Shown: positions 29,317 through 35,436 of the stretch, in pieces
Layout of the letters: every line of letters starts with the position of its first letter
Position numbering within the stretch: the stretch's first letter is position 1
Program-made: the position numbers and the translations under genes
Origin: Thermoplasmatota archaeon
GTDB taxonomy: Archaea > Thermoplasmatota > E2 > JACPAO01 > JAHFTW01
Assembly: GCA_041581335.1 (NCBI GenBank)
Contig: JBFIDG010000002.1
Location: forward strand, 1 to 35,436
Reading direction: 5' to 3'
Length of the DNA stretch: 35,436 nucleotides
The notes under the pieces: model-generated
Told to the model about the DNA's origin: nothing
Database searches by the model: none
Seen by the model: only the letters and a program-made list of their open reading frames with translations

Positions 29317-29949
29317 ATGCCCGCGGTGGTCTTCGACTTCGACGGCGTCATCTGCAACAGCATGGCCCAGCACGCGGCCGCGTACCGGGACCTGCTGAAG
29401 CCATTCGGCATCCCGGTCACTGATCGCCAGATCTACCTGCTCGAGGGCGCCCGCAGCGAGTCCATCATCCAGGACCTCGCCGTGGCCGCGGGCGTCGCTT
29501 TGCAGGACGTGGCCGGGCTGGCGAACGAGAAGCAACGCTTGTTCCGGGAAGCAGGCGCGCCGTCGCTGTACCCGGGCGCCGCATCCCTTGTCGGTTCGGT
29601 GCAGGACCGGACGGCCACGGCGGTCGTCACGGGCACCCGGCTGGAGAACCTGGCGCGCTTGATCCCGGACCTGATGGAGCGCTTCGAGGCCATCATGAGC
29701 CAGGAGACCTACCAGATGGACAAGCCACATCCGGAGCCCTATGCCCGCGCCGCGCAGGCGTTGCGCGTAGACCCTGAGGACTGCATCGCCGTGGAGAACG
29801 CCGTGCGCGGCGTGCAGAGCGCCAAGGCGGCTGGCTACGGCGAAGTGATCGCCATCACCACGACGCTGGCCAGCAACGACCTTGGGGCAGCCGACCTCGT
29901 CGTCCCAGACCACCCGACCTTGCACGCTGCCCTGATGGACAGGCTCTAA
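29317..29949 (+). CDS. HAD-superfamily hydrolase (beta-phosphoglucomutase / phosphatase-like)
   Basis: Motif I is VVFDFDGVI. A cap region follows, then VVTGT (motif II), K (DKPHPEPY) and a motif III-like VENAVRGVQSAKAAG. Confidence 0.85.
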   Translation: MPAVVFDFDGVICNSMAQHAAAYRDLLKPFGIPVTDRQIYLLEGARSESIIQDLAVAAGVALQDVAGLANEKQRLFREAGAPSLYPGAASLVGSVQDRTATAVVTGTRLENLARLIPDLMERFEAIMSQETYQMDKPHPEPYARAAQALRVDPEDCIAVENAVRGVQSAKAAGYGEVIAITTTLASNDLGAADLVVPDHPTLHAALMDRL

Positions 29950-29972
29950 GTCCGGCACACCCATCTGGGGAT

Positions 29973-30452
29973 GTGGCACGGAAGCCGGTCATCGGCGTCA
30001 TGGGCGGACACGCAGTGTCGGGCGACACAGAGATCCTAGCGGAAGAACTAGGGGCCGCCATCGCCAAAGAAGGCTGGATCCTACTCAATGGCGGCCGCGA
30101 CGAAGGCGTCATGCGCGCCTCCGCCAAAGGCGCCCACGAGGCCGGAGGATTCGTCGTGGGCCTCCACCCAGGGATGCGGGATGATGGCGACGTCGCGCCA
30201 CACCTGGATCTGTGCATCTTCACCGGCATCGGGTTCGCCCGCAACATGAGCAACATCCTGACGAGCGACGTCGTCGTGGCGTTGCCTGGCCGCTACGGCA
30301 CACTCAACGAGGTCGCCTACTCGAAGACCTTCGGCAAACCCACCATCCTGTTCGGCTTCCTCGACGAGATGTGGTTCGGCGACGGCGTGACCCGCGTCAA
30401 CACGGTGGATGAATGCATCCAGGCCATCCGGCGGCTCCTGAGGTCAAGCTGA
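29973..30452 (+). CDS. TIGR00725 / LOG-like Rossmann-fold protein
   Basis: IGVMGG........A.ELG..IA..G..LLNGG..GVM.A...GA...GG..VG and ALPG.YGT..E are the family blocks. GTG start. Confidence 0.75.
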   Translation: MARKPVIGVMGGHAVSGDTEILAEELGAAIAKEGWILLNGGRDEGVMRASAKGAHEAGGFVVGLHPGMRDDGDVAPHLDLCIFTGIGFARNMSNILTSDVVVALPGRYGTLNEVAYSKTFGKPTILFGFLDEMWFGDGVTRVNTVDECIQAIRRLLRSS

Positions 30453-30486
30453 GTCGAGCAGACCGCCGGTAACGCGCACCGGATGG

Positions 30487-31581
30487 GTGGCGCCCGCTTT
30501 TCAACCCGGCCGGTTTCGCCGCGCCGTGGCCCTCCGCACGCCGCTATACGCGACCCACGAAGCCGCCGGCGCGACGTTCGTCCCCTTTGCCGGATATGAC
30601 ATGCCGGTGCACTACGGCAGCATCAAGGACGAACACGCCGCCGTCCGCCAGGGCGCCGGCCTCTTTGACGTCAGCCACATGTCGAACCTGTGGGTCGAAG
30701 GCCCCGGCGCTGCGGCCGCCATCGGCGCCGTCACCACGCGCCCCGCGGCCGCCCTGCCACTTGGCAAGGGCCACTACACGTGCATCATGAACGAGGATGG
30801 CACCATCCTCGACGACACCTTCGTCTTCCGCCTGGAAGAGGAACGCTTCCTGGTCATCCCCAACGCTGGCATGAACCGCATCGCGCAGGAGCACATCGCG
30901 GCGCACGCCCAAGACGAGACCGTCGTCTCCGACGAGACCAGCGACTGGGCGATCCTTGCGCTACAAGGCCCCAAGGCACGGGGCATCCTGGCCAGAGCCA
31001 GCACCGATGAGGCCCCCAAGTTCCATCGCATCGCGGTCATGGAGATCGCCCGCGCCGGCTGCCTGGTGAGCGGCACCGGATACACGGGCGAGAAGGGCGT
31101 CGAGATCTACGTTCCAGCCGTCCAGGCGGTCCAGGTCTGGGAGCACCTCATGCACATCGGCGCCGAAGACGGCCTGCGGCCCATCGGCCTGGGCGCCAGG
31201 GATACGCTCCGCCTCGAGAAAGGCTACTGCCTCGCCGGCAACGAGTTCGCCGGAGGCCGCAGCCCCCTCGAAGCCAACCTCGCGTTCTGCATCGACTGGG
31301 ACCATGAGTTCCTGGGCAGGGCCGCCCTGGCCGAACAGAAAGAGACCGACCACGCCCTGTTGTGGGGCCTCGTGCAGGAGAAAGGCATCCCGCGCCATGG
31401 CTACCGCGTGCTCCAAGGCGACGACGACATCGGCGAGATCACCAGCGGCACCCAGAGCCCGACCCTCGGACAAGGCATCGCACTTGCCTACCTGAACGGC
31501 GTGGATGCAGGCGACTTGGTCGACGTGGACATCCGCGGCAGGCGCCAGCCCGCCAAGGTCGTCTCGCCGCCCTTCTGCTGA
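30487..31581 (+). CDS. gcvT: glycine cleavage system T protein (aminomethyltransferase)
   Basis: LRTPLYATHEAAGATFVPFAGYDMPVHY, GLFDVSHM, SGTGYTGEKGVEIY, GLGARDTLRLE and GEITSGTQSPTLG are blocks seen in GcvT proteins. GTG 30526 is an alternative start. Confidence 0.9.
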   Translation: MAPAFQPGRFRRAVALRTPLYATHEAAGATFVPFAGYDMPVHYGSIKDEHAAVRQGAGLFDVSHMSNLWVEGPGAAAAIGAVTTRPAAALPLGKGHYTCIMNEDGTILDDTFVFRLEEERFLVIPNAGMNRIAQEHIAAHAQDETVVSDETSDWAILALQGPKARGILARASTDEAPKFHRIAVMEIARAGCLVSGTGYTGEKGVEIYVPAVQAVQVWEHLMHIGAEDGLRPIGLGARDTLRLEKGYCLAGNEFAGGRSPLEANLAFCIDWDHEFLGRAALAEQKETDHALLWGLVQEKGIPRHGYRVLQGDDDIGEITSGTQSPTLGQGIALAYLNGVDAGDLVDVDIRGRRQPAKVVSPPFC

Positions 31582-31659
31582 AGGCAGCCGCTGCCACATA
31601 TCAGCGCTGCGGGCTTCCGAACGTCTTATACAACCAGAGCCCGAGTCGAGGCCTCAACC

Positions 31660-33006
31660 ATGTACATCATCGTCGGTGGTGCAGGTGAAGTCGGCTTCCA
31701 CGTCGCGCGCGCCCTGCGGGACGAAGGCCATGATGTGGCCGTGGTCGAGGCCGACGCACGGCGGCTTGAGCGCTTGCAGGAACTGGATGTCCTCGCGGTG
31801 CACGGCAACATCGCCAACAAGCGCATCCTCGAAGAGGAGGCCAATGTCCGCGAAGCGGACCTCTTGATCGCTTGCACCGGCGACGACGCGGTGAACATGA
31901 TCGCCGCCGCATTGGCCAAGACGTACGGCGTGCGGACCATCGCACGCATCAACGACAACGAATACCTCAACGTGCCGTACTCCGACGAATACCAGGCCAT
32001 GGGGATCGACATGGCCGTCAGCCCGGAGATGGTCGCGGCGATCCGCATCCGGCGCCTGCTCAAACAGCCCGAGCTCCTCAACGCGGACGTGTTCGCCCAG
32101 GGCAAGGTCCACATCGCCGAAGGCCGGGTCACGAGCGAGGCGTTCGTCGCAGGCAAACAGGTCCAAGAGGTAGAGCCCCCGGCCGGCTTCAACCTCTTCG
32201 CCATCTACCGCGGCGACGATGTCATCATCCCCCGTGGCACGACCCGATTCCAGGTCCACGACCGCCTCCTCATGGCGTTGCTGAGCCCCGAGGTCCTGAA
32301 GGACGTCGAGCCATACATCGGCCGCTTGAAGACCGTCGCTCAGAACAAACCCGTACGCCGTGTCATGATCGCCGGCGCCACGCGCATCGGCGTGCACTTG
32401 GCACGCCTGCTGGAACAGACGAAGCATGACGTCGTGCTGGTCGATCCCGATGCCGAGCGCTGCCGCAGAGCCGGCGAGCGCCTCACCAAGACCCTCATCG
32501 TGCACGGCGACGTGACGGACCGCACCTTGCTCATCCAAGAGAACGTCGACACCTTCGATGCGTTCGTCGCGGCCACACGCGTCGAGGAATACAATGTGCT
32601 GGCGGCGCTGATGGCCAAGCAGCTCGGCGTGCCTATGACGGTCGCCGTCATCAACCAGCCAGAGCTGAAGCAGTTCCTGGAGACCCTCGACATCGACCTC
32701 GCCGTGGCGCCCCGCCTCAGCACCGTCGGCGCCATCCTGAAGCATGTCCACCCGCAGAACGAAGAACTGCAATTGCAGAACCTCGGCGAAGAACGCATCA
32801 TGATCATCCGGGTCCCCGAGAACGCCGGCATCGTCGGCAAGACGATCCAACGGGCCGGCCTGCCACCCCATTCCATCATCGCGGCCATCGTCCGCGGCGA
32901 GGATGTCATCCTGCCTCGCGGCAGGGACACGATCCAAGGCCACGACCTCATCGTCGCCTACGCGCTCACCGAGTCGGTGGAGCGTCTGGAGCGTCTCTTC
33001 CGATGA
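31660..33006 (+). CDS. trkA: Trk potassium uptake system NAD-binding subunit TrkA
   Basis: Two RCK units: MYIIVGGAGEVG (GxGxxG) and RVMIAGATRIG. Each is followed by a TrkA-C domain. Confidence 0.92.
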   Translation: MYIIVGGAGEVGFHVARALRDEGHDVAVVEADARRLERLQELDVLAVHGNIANKRILEEEANVREADLLIACTGDDAVNMIAAALAKTYGVRTIARINDNEYLNVPYSDEYQAMGIDMAVSPEMVAAIRIRRLLKQPELLNADVFAQGKVHIAEGRVTSEAFVAGKQVQEVEPPAGFNLFAIYRGDDVIIPRGTTRFQVHDRLLMALLSPEVLKDVEPYIGRLKTVAQNKPVRRVMIAGATRIGVHLARLLEQTKHDVVLVDPDAERCRRAGERLTKTLIVHGDVTDRTLLIQENVDTFDAFVAATRVEEYNVLAALMAKQLGVPMTVAVINQPELKQFLETLDIDLAVAPRLSTVGAILKHVHPQNEELQLQNLGEERIMIIRVPENAGIVGKTIQRAGLPPHSIIAAIVRGEDVILPRGRDTIQGHDLIVAYALTESVERLERLFR

Positions 33007-34508
33007 AGAACGGCACGGCCGTCGTGACGACCATCGCGGGCGTCATGCGGGCCGCCGGACCGTTCTTCCTTGTCCCGTTCGTCGTCGCCTGGCTGTATGA
33101 CCCCTGGGACATCTCGATCGCGGGGATCCCTGCCCCCAGCACGGCTTTGCTGTTCCTGGCGGCCGGGACCATGACGTCCGCCGTCGGCCACGGCGCGTGG
33201 CTGATCACCCATCCGCGGCGTTACTTCGAGCTCACGGAGAAACAGGGCTACATGGCCGTCGCAGGAGGATGGCTCATGATGTCCTTCGTGGCGGCGCTCC
33301 CCATGCTTGGTGTGCTGCCCAATCCCATCGATGCCTGGTTCGAGGCCATGAGCGGCGTGACGGCGACAGGCGCCACGACGCTGCGTGACATCGAGAGCGT
33401 CGCGCCGAGCATCCTGTTCTGGCGGAGTATGCTGCAATGGCTCGCCGGTTTCGCCATCGTCGTCGTCGGCATCGCATTCTTGACGCGGCTGACCCACGCC
33501 GGAGCCCAGCTGCTCGCGGCCGACGTCACGGCCACCGGCAAACGGTTGCGCCCGCGCATCCCGGAGACCGCCCGTGCCATGGCCCCCCTCTACGGCGGCT
33601 TCACGGTCTTGACCTACGTCGCCTACCTGATCACGATCCGCTTCACCGGGATCAAGCCCGGATGGAAGGCCAGCTTCATGGACGCGGTCGTGCACACGTT
33701 CAGCACCGTCAGCACCGGTGGCTTCAGCAACCACACAAAGAGCCTAGCATACTTCCAGAGCGCCTGGGTCGAGGCCGTCGCCGTGGCGGCCATGCTCGTG
33801 GCCGGAACGAGCTTCGCCCTGATGTACTACGTGCGCAAGGACCCTCGCCACATCTTTGAAGACCGTGAGTGGCGGGCCATGGTCTTCTTCCTGACCGCTG
33901 CATCCATCGGCGCCGTGGGCTTGTTGACGCTCGACGGAGACCCGTTCGCCGAGAGCGTGCGGGCCGGCATCGTCACGGTCGTCAGCATCGCCACGAGCAC
34001 CGGTTTCGCCATCGTCGACCACGACCAATGGCCGACGCTGGCCCGCTCGCTTCTGCTGGTCACCATGTTCGTCGGCGCCATGGCCGGCTCGACCTCCGGC
34101 GGCATGAAGGTGCTGCGCATCGTGCTCCTGCTGAAGGTGGCCCGCCGCGAACTTCGCAAACTCCTGCATCCCAGGGCCATCATGTCCGTCCGCCACGGGG
34201 GCAGAGGCCTGCCGGAGAACACATTGTTGACCATCATCGCGTTCTTCTTCACGTTCATCACGACGTGGATGGTGGGCGCCATCGCATTGATCTCCATGGA
34301 ACCCGCGCTGGGGATCTTCGACGGCGCAGCCGCATCGGCGGCGGCCATCGGCAACACCGGCCCCGCCATGGGCATCGTCGGGCCGTTCGATACGTACGAC
34401 GACCTGCACACGCCGAGCCGCGCCGTGCTGGCCATCTTGATGTGGTTCGGCCGCCTCGAGGTCTTCGCCGTCCTCTTGTTCTTGAGCCCCTCCAGCTGGC
34501 GCAACTAG
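33003..34508 (+). CDS. trkH: Trk potassium uptake system membrane subunit TrkH
   Basis: A polytopic protein with the repeated selectivity-filter-like motifs SGVTATGATT, FSTVSTGGFS, IATSTGFA and MAGSTSGGMK. The start overlaps the trkA stop. Confidence 0.92.
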   Translation: MKNGTAVVTTIAGVMRAAGPFFLVPFVVAWLYDPWDISIAGIPAPSTALLFLAAGTMTSAVGHGAWLITHPRRYFELTEKQGYMAVAGGWLMMSFVAALPMLGVLPNPIDAWFEAMSGVTATGATTLRDIESVAPSILFWRSMLQWLAGFAIVVVGIAFLTRLTHAGAQLLAADVTATGKRLRPRIPETARAMAPLYGGFTVLTYVAYLITIRFTGIKPGWKASFMDAVVHTFSTVSTGGFSNHTKSLAYFQSAWVEAVAVAAMLVAGTSFALMYYVRKDPRHIFEDREWRAMVFFLTAASIGAVGLLTLDGDPFAESVRAGIVTVVSIATSTGFAIVDHDQWPTLARSLLLVTMFVGAMAGSTSGGMKVLRIVLLLKVARRELRKLLHPRAIMSVRHGGRGLPENTLLTIIAFFFTFITTWMVGAIALISMEPALGIFDGAAASAAAIGNTGPAMGIVGPFDTYDDLHTPSRAVLAILMWFGRLEVFAVLLFLSPSSWRN

Positions 34509-34518
34509 GGCAACGGCC

Positions 34519-35436
34519 ATGACCCAGGGCCGACCTGGCCGCGCCATGGAGCCTTGGCTGCCAGAGATGGCGGCCACCATCGCCACCCAGATCAGGGCCG
34601 GCAAGGTGACGGACAAGCAGAGCCTGCAGCAGGCCAAGCAGCGCATCGCAAAGCGCCTCGGCGCCGAGCGGATGCCCCAGGATCCGGAGTTCATCCCGTT
34701 CTTAGACGCCGATGACGCAGCGGCGTGGGGTTTCTTGCTGAAGAAGAAGCCCATGCGCAGCCAGAGCGGCGTGGCGATCGTCGCCGTGATGAGCAGTCCC
34801 GCGGGCTGTCCCCATGGCAAGTGCATCTACTGCCCGGGGGGACCTGATGTGGACGCCCCCCAGTCATACACGGGGTTCGAGCCGAGCACCATGCGGGCCA
34901 AGCGCTATGCCTACGACCCGTACCGGATCGTCCGCTCCCGACTGGGCCAATTGGAGCGCAATGGGCACAGCATCGACAAGATCGAGGTCGTCGTGCAGGG
35001 CGGGACGTTCCCGGCCCGTGAAGAGGCCTACCAGGATTGGTTCATCCACGGCATCTACGAGGCGTGCAACGATGGTCCTGCTGAGGAGGACGTGGAAGGC
35101 ACCTCGACGGTCGAGGAATGGCTCTCGTGGTCTGCCGATGAGCGCCTGGCCCGCCTCAGGGCCGCCATGGCCACGAACGAGTCGACGCGGTGCCGCGTCA
35201 TCGGCCTCACCGTGGAGACCAAGCCGGACTGGTGCTTCGAGCCCCACATCGATGCGATGCTGCGCCAAGGCGCCACGCGCATCGAGCTGGGCATCCAGAC
35301 GCTCAGCGACGAGGTGACCAAGCTCACGCACCGGGGCCATGACGTAGAGGACGCCCGCCACGCCATGCGTGCCGCCCGCGACGCGGGGTACAAAGTGTGC
35401 GTGCACATGATGCCGGGGTTGCCGAGGCCAGCGGCC
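34519..35436 (+). CDS. elp3: Elp3-family radical-SAM / acetyltransferase tRNA modification enzyme, 5' part; the gene runs off the right edge
   Basis: Not in the ORF track because there is no stop in the window. The frame from ATG 34519 stays open to the end of the window. It encodes ...SGVAIVAVMSSPAGCPHGKCIYCPGGP...SYTGFEPSTMRA..YDPY...RL.QL..NGH...KIEVVVQGGTF...VIGLTVETKPDW...GATRIELGIQT, which is the Elp3 radical-SAM core. Confidence 0.85.
   Translation, partial: MTQGRPGRAMEPWLPEMAATIATQIRAGKVTDKQSLQQAKQRIAKRLGAERMPQDPEFIPFLDADDAAAWGFLLKKKPMRSQSGVAIVAVMSSPAGCPHGKCIYCPGGPDVDAPQSYTGFEPSTMRAKRYAYDPYRIVRSRLGQLERNGHSIDKIEVVVQGGTFPAREEAYQDWFIHGIYEACNDGPAEEDVEGTSTVEEWLSWSADERLARLRAAMATNESTRCRVIGLTVETKPDWCFEPHIDAMLRQGATRIELGIQTLSDEVTKLTHRGHDVEDARHAMRAARDAGYKVCVHMMPGLPRPAA

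Noticed and set aside
31654-34826. Minus-strand ORFs 31654..32943 and 33744..34826 (429 and 360 aa)
   Set aside because: They are antisense to trkA and trkH, which carry clear GxGxxG/RCK and selectivity-filter motifs on the plus strand.
1-35436. CRISPR arrays, rRNA genes, transposase/IS elements and known defence-system genes
   Set aside because: I saw no regularly spaced short repeats, no rRNA-like conserved blocks, no DDE/HUH transposase or recombinase motifs, and no recognisable restriction, Cas, or abortive-infection nuclease or ATPase signatures in any frame. The only helicase is the housekeeping Hel308.

Overview
High-GC archaeal chromosomal window. The archaeal assignment rests on archaellin, Rpo7/RpoE', Spt4, eS24, eS31, Hel308, Cgi121 and Elp3, plus archaeal-type tRNAs. 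The lineage cannot be fixed from sequence alone; many lipobox (L-[AS]-G-C) exported proteins and an archaellum are compatible with a Thermoplasmatota or marine-group-II-like organism, but that is a guess. All protein calls come from reading motifs in the translations; no database search was run.

Most of the window is ordinary core genome:
- the conserved rpoE'-spt4-(DUF359 dephospho-CoA kinase)-rps24e-rps27ae cluster
- tRNA-Glu and tRNA-Met
- an exported copper/redox set: a multicopper oxidase, a PKD lipoprotein and a PQQ-propeller-cupredoxin fusion
- an SRAP/YedK-like protein, acyl-CoA dehydrogenase, asparaginase II, Hel308-Cgi121, HAD hydrolase, a LOG-like protein, GcvT, TrkA-TrkH and the start of Elp3

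Several real genes are absent from the ORF track and were read by hand: the archaellin 5' end, rps27ae, spt4 and elp3. Many long track ORFs are antisense artefacts of the high GC content.

The stand-out region is 21.5-28.4 kb, an island of about 6.8 kb inserted in the 3' end of tRNA-Arg(GCG). It is bounded by a perfect 23-bp direct repeat, and the native oligo-T terminator sits after the distal copy only. An 11-mer flanks the core on both sides, so a symmetric attP can be reconstructed. The island has a strongly skewed composition (C>G, A>T on the plus strand) and co-oriented ORFs. I found no recognisable integrase, replication or capsid gene. Its cargo is a double winged-helix regulator plus four exported or membrane proteins, including a 673-aa surface protein that looks mosaic.

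Smaller oddities:
- att-like partial tRNA copies beside tRNA-Glu and tRNA-Met
- a 29-bp duplication of the acyl-CoA dehydrogenase 3' end
- an EF-Tu-like protein with no GTPase motifs
- a shared leaderless-promoter motif upstream of three envelope genes
- a divergent pair of ribbon-helix-helix paralogues beside the archaellin gene
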